Assembly (NCBI RefSeq): GCF_039710355.1
Contig: NZ_JBDKWZ010000026.1
Coordinates: 1-64,000 of the forward strand
Reading direction: 5' to 3'
Source: Rapidithrix thailandica
GTDB lineage: Bacteria; Bacteroidota; Bacteroidia; Cytophagales; Flammeovirgaceae
DNA length: 64,000 nucleotides
Every line of letters begins with the position of its first letter. Within the stretch, counting starts at the first letter, position 1. This document shows positions 49,217 to 59,396 of the stretch, piece after piece. A model generated the notes under the pieces. It saw only the letters and a list, made by a program, of their open reading frames with translations. It made no database searches and was not told the origin of the DNA. The translations under genes were made by a program, and so were the position numbers.

Positions 49217-51061
49217 ATGAAGCTTCATAAGATTTCACCCAAAAAAAGAAACTCCATTCGAAAGCTCATTAATCCACTGTCATTCCGCTCGAAAAAGCAA
49301 TTAATACTTTTGACACTGACCATATGGTTCAACGGAATGGTCACTTTCGGACAAACCACCTTGTATGTATCTCCATCCGGTAATGGTCAGGAATTCGGCA
49401 AAGAGCAACCTGGCAACTTACTGGATTTACCGGAAAAACTCCGGACCTTGAATCAACGTGAAGAAGGAGTTATCCGGGTTTTATTTTATGGAGGAGAATA
49501 TGCTTTGTCAGCAACCTGGCACCTCACTGAAAAAGAAGCGGGGAATGAACTTAATACAATTATTCTTGAAGGCATAAAAGGAGAAAAAGTCAGCATCTAC
49601 GGGGGGCAAAGAGTGACGAAGTGGCAAAAAGCCGGAAAGGGGATTTACAAGGCTAAACTTCCGGCATCCGCTGAGTTCAGACAATTATATGTAAATGGCA
49701 AAATGGCCATCAGAGCCAGAACTCCCAACCGGGATAACGATCAGCATTTCGGCCCTTATTACCGGGTGCTAGGGTTTGACAAACAAACCATCTGGGTCAA
49801 TGCCTCCGAAATCAGTGCATGGCGCGACTTCCAAGAAGTGGAGTTGGTCTTGCACCAACATTGGTTTCATAGCCGGATCAAGCTTGCTTCGTTTGAAGTC
49901 ACAGGAGAAAAAGCTTTGATAACCCCGCTCCCCCCCACCGGGGAATATGTACTGCAATTGTACCCTTCTATGATGGAACCCGGCAAACCCTATTACTTTG
50001 AAAATTCCATTGAATTTTTAGACCAGGGAGGGGAATGGTATTTAAGCAAAGCAGAAAATACCTTGTACTATAAACCTCGCCCCAAAGAAGATATCCATAG
50101 CCTTGAAGTGGTTTACCCCCGGGTGAATACACTTTTTGCCATTAATGGAAAAGGCAAGGCCCCTGTCTACAATCTCACATTGAAAAACTTACAATTTGCA
50201 TATGGCAATTGGACATTGCCCGGTAAAGAAGGGGTTCTCTCCAATCAAGGAGTTCAAGCAAGGGGGTATTATGGGAAAAGAGGTTTTCCAGGCTTGGTAC
50301 AAGCGGCCTTTGTCCGGAATTTAAAAATTAAAAATTGCCACTTTACCGGGGCAGGAGCCAATGGCATTGTGTGGAACAAAGGCGTGCAAGACAGTGAAAT
50401 TGTTTCTTGTCATCTCGATCAGATCAGTGCCAACGGAATTATTATCGACACATATAAGCGACATACTCCTCCTGATAGTTTGGCCTGTAAAAACAATCGC
50501 ATTGATAACAACCTGATTGAAAATATTGGCTTGCATTACACCAATGGCATGGGAGTAATTGCCCACTTCGTGGAAAACCTTGTAGTGGAATCCAATGAAA
50601 TCCGCTATGGCAGATACACCGGAATACAAATAGGCAACCACCGGGGTAACCACCTGAGTTTGTTAAGCGACAACCTTATCAGGTCTAATAATATCCATCA
50701 TGTAATGCAGCTACACGATGACGGAGGAGCCATCTATACCCTCAGTCCTCAACCCGGGACGAAAATCCTCCGCAATTGGGTCCATGATTATGGCCGAAGC
50801 CCATGGGCAGATGACTTTCCGGTCAATGGCATTTTCCTGGATAACCATAGCTCTCATATTCTGGTACAGGACAACGTGTTATCCAACTTTGCCCCCGATA
50901 TTTTCCGCATCAAAGAACAATGCGCGGATGGGGCGGAAACCTGGGGTAATGTCTTGATCAATAACAATACACAAAATCAAGAAATCATTTCGCAGGCCGG
51001 CATAAAAGGCCAGGTCGGTCTATTGGACTTAAAGGAAAAGGAAGCGGAAGACAGCCAATAA
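49217..51061 (+). CDS. right-handed parallel beta-helix repeat protein (pectate-lyase-fold glycan-active enzyme)
   Basis: 614 aa. Multiple PbH1-like repeats (NCHFTGAGANGIVWN..., NNLIENIGLHYTNGMGVIA..., ESNEIRYGRYTGIQIGN..., SNNIHHVMQLHDDGGAIYT...). Confidence 0.6.
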   Translation: MKLHKISPKKRNSIRKLINPLSFRSKKQLILLTLTIWFNGMVTFGQTTLYVSPSGNGQEFGKEQPGNLLDLPEKLRTLNQREEGVIRVLFYGGEYALSATWHLTEKEAGNELNTIILEGIKGEKVSIYGGQRVTKWQKAGKGIYKAKLPASAEFRQLYVNGKMAIRARTPNRDNDQHFGPYYRVLGFDKQTIWVNASEISAWRDFQEVELVLHQHWFHSRIKLASFEVTGEKALITPLPPTGEYVLQLYPSMMEPGKPYYFENSIEFLDQGGEWYLSKAENTLYYKPRPKEDIHSLEVVYPRVNTLFAINGKGKAPVYNLTLKNLQFAYGNWTLPGKEGVLSNQGVQARGYYGKRGFPGLVQAAFVRNLKIKNCHFTGAGANGIVWNKGVQDSEIVSCHLDQISANGIIIDTYKRHTPPDSLACKNNRIDNNLIENIGLHYTNGMGVIAHFVENLVVESNEIRYGRYTGIQIGNHRGNHLSLLSDNLIRSNNIHHVMQLHDDGGAIYTLSPQPGTKILRNWVHDYGRSPWADDFPVNGIFLDNHSSHILVQDNVLSNFAPDIFRIKEQCADGAETWGNVLINNNTQNQEIISQAGIKGQVGLLDLKEKEAEDSQ

Positions 51062-51162
51062 CAGCACAAAACGGCAATAGAAAGGCCTTTCACTATTCAA
51101 AAAACCTTCAAGGGTTTTAGCGATTAACTATGGATCATCTACTTAATAACCATTTATGAATC

Positions 51163-52632
51163 ATGAAAAAAATAGTTGTCTTATTATTCGTTCTTTCACT
51201 TGCTTGTACGCCCAATGAGCAATACAAGCCTCCTAAAAAGTTGTATGAACCTACTTTAAAATCCATCCGGGCCCACCAAAGCCCCGAGTGGTTTGACGAT
51301 GCCAAATTCGGAATGTTCATCGATTATGGAATTTACTCGGTTCCCGGCTGGGCTCATCAACGGGAAGACGATGGCCCTATGTACCCCGATTGGTACTTAC
51401 ACGATATGTATAGAAAGGAGGAGTGGATCGACTATCACAAAAAAGCCTGGGGGGAGGACTTTCATCGCGATGATTTTATTCCCATGTTCACCGCCGAAAA
51501 TTTCGACCCGGAAGGCTTGGTACAACTGGCTGAAAAGGCAGGAATGAAATATGTCGTTCCCTTTTGTAAACATCACGATGGCTTTTGCCTATGGCCCAGC
51601 AGCTTTACCGAAAGAGATGCCAAAGACATGGGACCTAAAAAAGACCTGATCAAACCGATAGTAGAGGCATGTAAAAAAAGAGGCTTGAAATTCGGTTTTT
51701 ATTTTTCTTTGGAAGAATGGGAATACCCGGTTATCCAGAATGGGGAAAGCATGGTGCGTATTTGGGAAAACAAAGGAGTGCCTCCCATTTATGTACCGTT
51801 TGATGAAAAAGAAATGGAAGGTAAAATCTCCGGAAAAAAGCCTGTCGACAATTTTTTCAGCGATTATATCATCCCTCAGGCAAATGAGTTTATCGACCTG
51901 TACGACCCCGATTTGATTTGGTTTGATGGAGAATGGGACACCCCTATTGAGGATATGAAAACCCCGGAAATCGTAAGCTACTATTACAACCAGGCTGCAG
52001 GACGGAAAGAAGTGGCCGTCAATGACCGCATGGGAAAAGGGGTACGGTTCAGAGTGGGAGATTTTTTTTCCAGTGAATACCACTCCCTGGAATCCAACCA
52101 ACCCAAAATCGTACATAAATGGGAGGAGATTCGCGGTATCAGTCAGTCCTACGGCTACAACTGGCAAGATACGGATGAGAATGTACTGAGCATGGATGAG
52201 TTTATCGAGATGTTTGTCAAGATTGTCTCGGAAAACGGCAATTTGCTACTGATTGTCAACTTAGACGGCAAAGGGGCACTTCCGGATTATCAACGTACCA
52301 GGCTGGAAGAAATCGGTGAATGGTTAAAAATCAACGGAGAAGCGATTTATAAAACCAAACCCTGGCTGGTATCACATGAAGGAGACAACCTCCGGTTTAC
52401 CCAAAGTAAGGATGAAAAATATGTATATGTCATTTGTAATGAATGGCCGGGTCGGCAAGTCATCATTGAGTCGGTGTTCCTGGGTACAGAGTCGAAAATC
52501 AACATGTTGGGCTCAGACACCCCTCTTCAATGGAGCTATGACGGCAAAAAAGTAATTGTCGAAATCCCGGAATCCTTAGAGAATCAAAAACCCTGTAACT
52601 ATGCGTATGTATTAAAAATAGAATTAAGTTAA
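51163..52632 (+). CDS. alpha-L-fucosidase, glycoside hydrolase family 29
   Basis: Lipoprotein signal. GH29 signatures WFDDAKFGMFIDYGIYSVPGW and KHHDGFCLWPS. A C-terminal beta-sandwich domain. Confidence 0.85.
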   Translation: MKKIVVLLFVLSLACTPNEQYKPPKKLYEPTLKSIRAHQSPEWFDDAKFGMFIDYGIYSVPGWAHQREDDGPMYPDWYLHDMYRKEEWIDYHKKAWGEDFHRDDFIPMFTAENFDPEGLVQLAEKAGMKYVVPFCKHHDGFCLWPSSFTERDAKDMGPKKDLIKPIVEACKKRGLKFGFYFSLEEWEYPVIQNGESMVRIWENKGVPPIYVPFDEKEMEGKISGKKPVDNFFSDYIIPQANEFIDLYDPDLIWFDGEWDTPIEDMKTPEIVSYYYNQAAGRKEVAVNDRMGKGVRFRVGDFFSSEYHSLESNQPKIVHKWEEIRGISQSYGYNWQDTDENVLSMDEFIEMFVKIVSENGNLLLIVNLDGKGALPDYQRTRLEEIGEWLKINGEAIYKTKPWLVSHEGDNLRFTQSKDEKYVYVICNEWPGRQVIIESVFLGTESKINMLGSDTPLQWSYDGKKVIVEIPESLENQKPCNYAYVLKIELS

Positions 52633-52720
52633 ACCAACAGTTTCCCTCTTTGATTTGTAAAGAGGGAAACGTAACTTTTATCTCTCTGAACATCAGCACA
52701 CTTCACCAGAAATAAACACC

Positions 52721-54607
52721 ATGAAACGACTTACCATTCTTCTGTACATCTTCTCTTGTGTTGTCTATTTCCCGGAATCCAAGTCTCAAGCCCGTGCTCC
52801 TTCTCAAAGAAATACCTTGCACCTTTATGAAGTAAAAGAAATTACCCTGTATGCAAAACAAGCTTACCAAAGCCCCTACACAGAAGTTGAATGCTGGGTG
52901 GATTTAACAGGGCCGGGATTTCAAAAAAGGATTTATGGCTTTTGGAATGGCGGGAATGAATTCAGGGTCAGGGTAGTGGCTACAGCTCCGGGCAAATGGA
53001 CATGGCGAAGCGGCTCCAATCAGAATGACGAAGGCTTAAACCAACAGTTTGGCACTTTTAAAGCCCTTGACTGGAAAGAGTCCGACAAACAGATCAATTA
53101 TAATCGCCGCGGATTCCTCCGGCCAACGGCCAACGGACATGCCTTGGAATATGCAGACGGGACGCCTTATTTCATGATCGGAGACACTTGGTGGGCGGCA
53201 TCTACCTGGCGTTTTCCTTTCAAAGGCATCCAACCGGACCCTGACTACCAACCCAAAGAAGGAATCAGTTTTGAGGAAGCCTTGGCTTTTAGAAAAAAAC
53301 AAGGGTACAATACCATTGCCATGATCGCTTGTTTCCCCAATTGGAAAGCAGACGGTTATTCCCAACGGCATATGAATGCCGATTCCGTTTATGTGCGGCA
53401 AGCCTGGAAAAAGAATGGCCAGAACACCGCCAAAGACATGCATGACGAAGAGGGAAACATGCCCTTTGCGCCTTGGGACAAATCGGAAGTGATTGCGGAT
53501 TTTAATCAACTGAATCCGGAATACTTTCAAAACCTGGACAAGAAAATCCAGTACCTTCACCAACATGGCTTTGTGACCTTTCTGGAAACGGTCAGAAGAG
53601 ACCACGGACCTTCCTGGAAAAAATACTTTGACTGGCCGGAGACTTTTGTCAGATATGTACAATATATTTTTGCCCGGTACGGGGCCTATAATATCATCTT
53701 TACAGGAATTCACTTGGATTGGATCACCCTAAAATTCGGACTCAGTGCCGAAACCTTTAATGACGCACTCAAAGTTCACTATCAAAAATACGGAGGCTTG
53801 CCTTACGGACAACCGCATACTATCCTGATTTACGGTTCTACCTACGATGCTTTTGGCCATGGGGATAATGCTCCTTGGCTTACCATGCATTCCGTGGGCA
53901 ACAAACCCCGTGACCACCGTATTTATCCCATGATCGAAAAAATCTACCACCTCTCCCCTCCCTACCCGGCTGCCAACCTCGAACCTTACTACCCCGGGCT
54001 GGATTCCAAGTACTTTAATATCATTGCCGGAGAACGCCCTGAAGTAAACTCTCAAAGAGATAACTACTTTGGCAGGGCACAAATGTACGGAAGCGTATTG
54101 TCCGGTGGCTTGGCAGGGCATATGTATGGCAGTGGCGGTTATGACGGCAACACCACCGGAGAACCCAAACACAAAGGAGACCATCCTTATATTTGGGAAG
54201 CCTTAAAATATTCCTCCGCAGCCCAAATGCCTTATTTGGGCAAATTCATACTCTCGGAAGGAAAAGCTTATCAGAACTGTACTCCTCAACGCCAATTGCT
54301 CCTTCCTTGCAAAGCGCCCGGAGCTCCGGAAGACGGCCTGGACGGATGGGCTTTTTTCCTGGTTTCCCCGGCAAAAAAGCTTGGCTTCCTTTATTTCGAA
54401 AATCAATCGGAAATTCCTCTTATCACAGAGCTGGTTCCAGAAAAGAAATACTCTGTGGAATGGTTCAACCCTATTACCGGCCAATGGCTACCCAAGCCCA
54501 CAAGCATCACCACAGACCCAAAAGGGAATCTGCAATTAATAGAATTTCCGGGACAGGACAGGGTATCCCGACAAGACTGGTGCTTAAAAATCAAACTCAT
54601 GGAATAG
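52721..54607 (+). CDS. DUF4038/DUF5060-type glycoside hydrolase (GH140-like, apiosidase-related TIM barrel)
   Basis: 628 aa, signal peptide. N-terminal beta-sandwich, then TIM-barrel-like region with DGTPYFMIGDTWWAASTWRFPF. The GH140 assignment is from recall and not verified. Confidence 0.5.
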   Translation: MKRLTILLYIFSCVVYFPESKSQARAPSQRNTLHLYEVKEITLYAKQAYQSPYTEVECWVDLTGPGFQKRIYGFWNGGNEFRVRVVATAPGKWTWRSGSNQNDEGLNQQFGTFKALDWKESDKQINYNRRGFLRPTANGHALEYADGTPYFMIGDTWWAASTWRFPFKGIQPDPDYQPKEGISFEEALAFRKKQGYNTIAMIACFPNWKADGYSQRHMNADSVYVRQAWKKNGQNTAKDMHDEEGNMPFAPWDKSEVIADFNQLNPEYFQNLDKKIQYLHQHGFVTFLETVRRDHGPSWKKYFDWPETFVRYVQYIFARYGAYNIIFTGIHLDWITLKFGLSAETFNDALKVHYQKYGGLPYGQPHTILIYGSTYDAFGHGDNAPWLTMHSVGNKPRDHRIYPMIEKIYHLSPPYPAANLEPYYPGLDSKYFNIIAGERPEVNSQRDNYFGRAQMYGSVLSGGLAGHMYGSGGYDGNTTGEPKHKGDHPYIWEALKYSSAAQMPYLGKFILSEGKAYQNCTPQRQLLLPCKAPGAPEDGLDGWAFFLVSPAKKLGFLYFENQSEIPLITELVPEKKYSVEWFNPITGQWLPKPTSITTDPKGNLQLIEFPGQDRVSRQDWCLKIKLME

Positions 54608-54721
54608 GAGCACTTTCTGAAAAAATCAACAAGACGATACCGTTATGGAAAGGGCTTTTAACCACAAGGCCCTTTTTTATGCCTTCTTTTGTGTATATTA
54701 GGCAATTCAACCAGTAAAAAT

Positions 54722-55156
54722 ATGTACCTGATCAAAACGATTTTATTAGGAATAATACTTTGTTATTCCAACCTGGTATACAGCCAATATTCTACGGCTA
54801 AAAAAGAATATACAAAAGTGCAAATACCACCGGCTCCGGTAAAGGGTAAAGAAGCCTTTTTGCAATATTGCCTGAAAAATTCTTTCAAAAGAAGGTTCGC
54901 CATAAGCGACTATCTACAATGCTGGAAACGGGTGAATTTTAAAGTAAAAAAAAACGGGTGTTTGGTTTTTATGAATTGCTCTAAATGTAAAACCGGGGCA
55001 GTGAAAAGAAGTATAAAAAGAACCATCAACCAAGCACCCAAATGGCGCCCCGCTTCACACAACAAGGAAGCCGTTACCGTAGAAGTCGCCTTCGGAATCG
55101 GTCCGGATTATATGGCGGAAATTCGAAAAATATATCAAAAGTACCCCTTTAGATAA
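54722..55156 (+). CDS. small secreted TonB C-terminal-domain-like protein (paralog 1)
   Basis: Signal peptide (MYLIKTILLGIILCYSNLVYSQ). C-terminal TonB_C-like motif (INQAPKWRPASHNKEAVTVEVAFGI). ORF as given starts at 54689. Confidence 0.5.
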   Translation: MYLIKTILLGIILCYSNLVYSQYSTAKKEYTKVQIPPAPVKGKEAFLQYCLKNSFKRRFAISDYLQCWKRVNFKVKKNGCLVFMNCSKCKTGAVKRSIKRTINQAPKWRPASHNKEAVTVEVAFGIGPDYMAEIRKIYQKYPFR

Positions 55157-55240
55157 TGATTTTTCGAATTGAAACGAGTAGTAGTTATAAAGCTAACCGT
55201 GCTTGAAATGTTTTTCTTAAAAAGAGATTACTTCCCACTT

Positions 55241-55687
55241 ATGAAGTTCACAAAAATTATTTGTTTTGGTATCGTCTTACTTTATTCAAATATTCTTTAC
55301 AGCCAAACTAGAAGAGCAGAAACAGAAGATGACTCCATTGAAATTTTTATCATAATGGATAGGCTTCCGACTTATAGAGGAGGGTATGAAGGTTTTACAA
55401 ATTACTTTTTTTACTATATGCCAACAGGCTATCGTATTGAGAAATACTTACAGTGTTGGGAAACAATAAAATTCACAAGGGAAAAGTATGGCAACATCAC
55501 CGATGTAGATTGTTCAGGTTGTAAAATCAAAAAGTTGAGAAATAAGATTTGTAAAATAATAGAAGATTCGCCTGATTGGAATGAGGGTATGAGTAGAAGG
55601 TGGTTCAAAGGGCAAAATATAACTTTCTCGGCCAAATTCCGAATCGAAACCTTTGAAGTCAAAGGGATACCACGCAAGAAAAATTAA
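55241..55687 (+). CDS. small secreted TonB C-terminal-domain-like protein (paralog 2)
   Basis: Signal peptide (MKFTKIICFGIVLLYSNILYSQ). Shared YLQCW motif and DSPDWNEGMSRRWFKGQNITFSAKFRI. ORF as given starts at 55169. Confidence 0.5.
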   Translation: MKFTKIICFGIVLLYSNILYSQTRRAETEDDSIEIFIIMDRLPTYRGGYEGFTNYFFYYMPTGYRIEKYLQCWETIKFTREKYGNITDVDCSGCKIKKLRNKICKIIEDSPDWNEGMSRRWFKGQNITFSAKFRIETFEVKGIPRKKN

Positions 55688-55836
55688 AAAGTATTCATAA
55701 TCTTCATCTTTACGATTACTTCCTTAATAAACCTTAAACAGAGCCAAGTTGGACTATTACTTGCCGCTTTTAAACTACTAACCCCTTCCTTTTAAAACTC
55801 GACAAATGAACCGTTTCTGTTCTAACATATACAAAA

Positions 55837-56583
55837 ATGAAAATCAGCATTCTCCTATTCACGCTATTTGCTGGCCTCTTCTTTTGGAAAGCAACAAGTT
55901 TTAAAACAGAACAACTGAAATACTCCCGGGTACGGACAGCCTATCTGGAAAAAGAAAACCGGGTCAAATCCCTCCTCAAAAACAAAGGACTTGACAGCAA
56001 GCATTTGGAAATTTTTATCCGGGCATTCAAAAGTGAAAAGTGCTTGGAGTTATGGGGAAAGAATAAAACGGATGAGAAGTTTCAATTGATCACTAGTTAT
56101 GATTTTTGCACTACATCCGGCAATTTGGGTCCGAAAAGACAGGAGGGAGATTTGCAAATTCCCGAAGGGTTTTATCATATCAACCAATTCAATCCCTGGA
56201 GTAAATTTTATTTGTCCTTAGGTATCAACTACCCCAATGCCTCGGACAAAATCCTGGGAGTGCAGCAACGCCTTGGCAACCATATTTTCATCCATGGAAA
56301 TTGCATCACTATTGGTTGTATCCCGGTCACAGACGATAAAATCAAAGAACTATACCTCTTTGCCGTGGAAGCAAAGAACAATGGTCAGCACAAAATCCCG
56401 GTGCATATTTTCCCGGCCCGCCTGAACGAACAAAAGCTACAAGCCTTGCGCGAGCGCTACTCAACCCGCCAAACTCTGACAAGCTTTTGGCAAAACCTGA
56501 AAGATGGCTTTGATCATTTTGAAAATACGCATACCTTGCCCAAAGTGACAGTTGCACAAAACGGCTCCTACATGTTTCATTAA
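55837..56583 (+). CDS. L,D-transpeptidase (YkuD) family protein
   Basis: Catalytic-domain motif HIFIHGNCITIGCIPVTDDKIKELY (His...Cys). N-terminal signal peptide. Confidence 0.7.
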   Translation: MKISILLFTLFAGLFFWKATSFKTEQLKYSRVRTAYLEKENRVKSLLKNKGLDSKHLEIFIRAFKSEKCLELWGKNKTDEKFQLITSYDFCTTSGNLGPKRQEGDLQIPEGFYHINQFNPWSKFYLSLGINYPNASDKILGVQQRLGNHIFIHGNCITIGCIPVTDDKIKELYLFAVEAKNNGQHKIPVHIFPARLNEQKLQALRERYSTRQTLTSFWQNLKDGFDHFENTHTLPKVTVAQNGSYMFH

Positions 56584-56586
56584 ACA

Positions 56587-57079
56587 GTGGCAGGCATGAA
56601 AACCCAGCATTTGCGCTTGATGCCCTTTACCAGCCAAGACCTGACTCTCTTCCATGCCATCAACACAAATCCCTTTGTGCGGAAGTTTCTTTGGGACGGT
56701 CAGATCATTTCTCAAAAGACGGCCCGGGAGATTCCGGAAGAAAATGAACGCTCTTTTACTAAGAACAAATGGGGACTTTGGAAGGTATTTGAGCAAAATA
56801 GCAATACCTTTGTGGGCTATATAGGTTTATGGACCTCCTTTCAGGAGATTCAACCTCCCTTATTATTCGCTTTTTTACCTGAATTTACGGGGAAAGGGTA
56901 TGCCACAGAAGCCTCCCGAAAATTATTCGATATGCTTTTGAACAGTTAACTTTCAACTACCTGATCGCCAGTACAGACAAAGCCCATGTAAACTTAATAA
57001 ATCTTTGTAAAAAGACTTCATAGGAAAGCATTGGGCGAACGGAAGATGGAGGGAAAGCCCACTTTATTTTATCGAATAA
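56587..57079 (+). pseudogene. GNAT (RimJ/Acetyltransf_3-like) N-acetyltransferase disrupted by two -1 frameshifts in A-homopolymers
   Basis: Frame A (56587-56949) ends ...GKGYATEASRKLFDMLLNS*. Frame B from ~56922 reads IIRYAFEQLTFNYLIASTDKAHVNLINLCKK. Frame C from 57011 reads KDFIGKHWANGRWRESPLYFIE*. Junctions are at cgaaaatt (A4, about 56919-22) and tgtaaaaag (A5, 57009-13). Each restored frame matches the expected GNAT C-terminus. Confidence 0.6.
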
Positions 57080-57105
57080 ACCATGACAAAAAATAAACAC
57101 AGCCT

Positions 57106-57651
57106 ATGAATTATATAGTTCTGGATTTGGAAGCCACCTGTTGGGAAGGCTCAACCTCACATCATAATGAGATCATCGAAATCGGTGCGGTGTTGGTCAA
57201 CGAGCAGAAAGAAACCGTTTCCGAATTCGTACAATTCGTCAAACCACTGAAACATCCCCGTTTAAGTGATTTTTGCAAAGAACTCACTTCTATCCGACAA
57301 AACGATGTAGACCAGGCTCCGTATTTTGGAGAAGCTCTCGAAAAATTCCAAACATGGATAGGTTATGGCCAAGAGGAATATGTATTATGTTCCTGGGGCT
57401 TTTACGATAAGAAACAATTCGAAAGCGACTGCCAGTTGCACGGGCTTTCTACCGGTTGGTTAGAAAATCATATTAGCCTGAAACATCAATATGCAAAGTT
57501 TAAAAAGTTACGAAGAGCCATCGGGATGAAAAATGCCTTGCAAAACGAAAACATGAAGTTGACAGGTACCCATCACCGGGGGATTGATGATGCCCGGAAT
57601 ATTGCAAATATATTTATCAAGTATTTTGAGCAATGGAAAATGCCGGGTTAA
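57106..57651 (+). CDS. DEDDh 3'-5' exonuclease domain protein (KapD/ERI-1-like)
   Basis: Exo I (YIVLDLEATCWE), Exo II (CSWGFYDKKQF), Exo III (HHRGIDDARNIANIF). Confidence 0.8.
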   Translation: MNYIVLDLEATCWEGSTSHHNEIIEIGAVLVNEQKETVSEFVQFVKPLKHPRLSDFCKELTSIRQNDVDQAPYFGEALEKFQTWIGYGQEEYVLCSWGFYDKKQFESDCQLHGLSTGWLENHISLKHQYAKFKKLRRAIGMKNALQNENMKLTGTHHRGIDDARNIANIFIKYFEQWKMPG

Positions 57652-57732
57652 ATACATTTATCCCCTACCGTTACGATTTTTTGTACCTTTACACGGATAA
57701 AGAAACCATTGACAACCCAATAATCTTACTGT

Positions 57733-58086
57733 ATGAAAATTACTTTTCTTTTTTTAACCGGACTTCTGTTAGCAATGAAAGGCTGTAATTCCTCCGGTTC
57801 GGATGTATCTAAAGACATTCCATCCTGTATAGCCGGCAAAATCAAAGAAATCCAAAAGGAAGAGCTACGTAACCCTCCTGCTGAGATTTGGAAATGGGAA
57901 GTAGACAACAAAACGTACTTCTACATCACCTCCCCTTGTTGTGACCAGATGAACTTCCTCTATGATGAAGAATGCCAGGAAGTATGCGCTCCTGACGGAG
58001 GTTTTACCGGACAAGGCGATGGCAATTGCCCTGAATTCAAAGAGGAAATCAAAAAGACCTTGGTCTGGAAAGACGAACGGAAGTAA
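57733..58086 (+). CDS. small Cys-rich lipoprotein, function unknown
   Basis: 117 aa. Lipobox (LLLAMKGCNSS). Seven further Cys (SPCCDQMNFLYDEECQEVCAPDGGFTGQGDGNCPEF). Confidence 0.45.
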   Translation: MKITFLFLTGLLLAMKGCNSSGSDVSKDIPSCIAGKIKEIQKEELRNPPAEIWKWEVDNKTYFYITSPCCDQMNFLYDEECQEVCAPDGGFTGQGDGNCPEFKEEIKKTLVWKDERK

Positions 58087-58193
58087 CACTCAAGCCACCG
58101 GGTGACTGCCAAAAGCACCTCTTGTTTGGGTCGAACGATACAAGAACAGTCACCCGATGACTACAATTGATTTAAACAATTTAGCTAAGTTCA

Positions 58194-58700
58194 ATGAAAA
58201 TCATTATTGAATCCTATAACCCGGCTTGGAAAACCGCTTTTGAAAAAGAGCAAGCGCTTCTTTTAAATGCAATCAAGGAACCTGGGCTGACCATCGAGCA
58301 TATTGGAAGTACTTCGGTAGAAGGCTTAGGCGCCAAACCCATCATCGATATAATGATCGGGCTAAAAGATTTTCAAACAGCCAATACACATCTTTCCGCC
58401 ATCGAAAACCTGGGCTACGTGTACCTTTCGAAGTATGAAGATGAAATGCCCTACCGCAGATTCTTCTTCAAGGAAGAGAATGGAGTACGGACCCACCATA
58501 TCCATATGGTAGCACTTGGCACCGAATTCTGGGACAGGCATTTACAGTTCAGAGATCATTTGAGAACCCACGCACACGACCGGGAGCGTTACCATGCGTT
58601 AAAAATGGAACTAGCCGGAAATGAATGGGAACATATGAATGACTATGCAGATGCCAAAACCGGTTTTATACGGGCGATCGAACAGAAAACAATGAGCTAA
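58194..58700 (+). CDS. GrpB family protein (UPF0157, nucleotidyltransferase-like)
   Basis: 168 aa. IEHIGSTSVEGLGAKPIIDIMIGL and HIHMVALGTEFWDRHLQFRDHLRTH are typical of GrpB. Confidence 0.8.
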   Translation: MKIIIESYNPAWKTAFEKEQALLLNAIKEPGLTIEHIGSTSVEGLGAKPIIDIMIGLKDFQTANTHLSAIENLGYVYLSKYEDEMPYRRFFFKEENGVRTHHIHMVALGTEFWDRHLQFRDHLRTHAHDRERYHALKMELAGNEWEHMNDYADAKTGFIRAIEQKTMS

Positions 58701-58780
58701 TACCACCCCCCGTTTCAACCGAGGGAAGAAAAAAGCCTCCTGCACACAAGGAGGCTTGATTACTGACCTGTACGGTGGAC

Positions 58781-59188
58781 CTACAAAGTACCTTTGTGAG
58801 TGGCCACTTGTGAGTGAAAAGCATTCAACTCATCGAGTTGCCGTTGTACTAATTCGGCCTCGGCTTCTAAGACCAACAGTGCCGTAGGACCTAACTTGAC
58901 CAAACGTTGTTCGAGCCGGACCTTTTCCACTTCCAAAAGAGCCTTCCGACTTTCATACTGTTGTTTTAGTTGCCCTTCCAAGGATCCGATCAAGGAACTA
59001 ATGGTATCCAATTCGGCTTGGGTTTCCAACAGTTCCGTCTGGACTTTTGCAAGGCGCTGGGAATAGGACTTTTTCTTTCTTTCCAACACCAGCTTTTTAA
59101 ATTCCAGGTTTGACACCTCTTCCTCTGTTTTGGTGATCACTACATCACAATCCGATGTACTGGTCAATAAATTCAAGGAATAATTCAT
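58781..59188 (-). CDS. coiled-coil hypothetical protein
   Basis: 135 aa. Heptad-rich (LERKKKSYSQRLAKVQTELLETQAELDT...QLKQQYESRKALLEVEKVRLEQRL). Confidence 0.4.
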   Translation of the reverse strand: MNYSLNLLTSTSDCDVVITKTEEEVSNLEFKKLVLERKKKSYSQRLAKVQTELLETQAELDTISSLIGSLEGQLKQQYESRKALLEVEKVRLEQRLVKLGPTALLVLEAEAELVQRQLDELNAFHSQVATHKGTL

Positions 59189-59260
59189 TAATTGTTTAAA
59201 GGTTTGTGAAAAATATTAAAACCACAACGATACCCCTTTAATCAATTCATGTCAATAGGC

Positions 59261-59396
59261 TTTTCACTTATTTTCAGATATTTTCATTTATTTTCAGATA
59301 GCTTTTCACTTAGCGAGCGCTCGAAAAAAAAAATTTTGCGAACGCTCGCTAAGTGAAAATAAGTGAAAAAGTCCGTTAAGTGAAAATATCTGAAAA
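59261..59396. repeat. ~135-bp imperfect palindrome built from ttttca(c/g)(t/a)ta iteron-like 10-mers around an A10T4 centre
   Basis: Left arm ttttcacttattttcagata / ttttcatttattttcagata / gcttttcacttagcgagcgctcg. Centre aaaaaaaaaattttg. Right arm cgaacgctcgctaagtgaaaa..gtgaaaatatctgaaaa is the reverse complement of left-arm modules, with a 20/21 match on the innermost stem. Confidence 0.7.
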
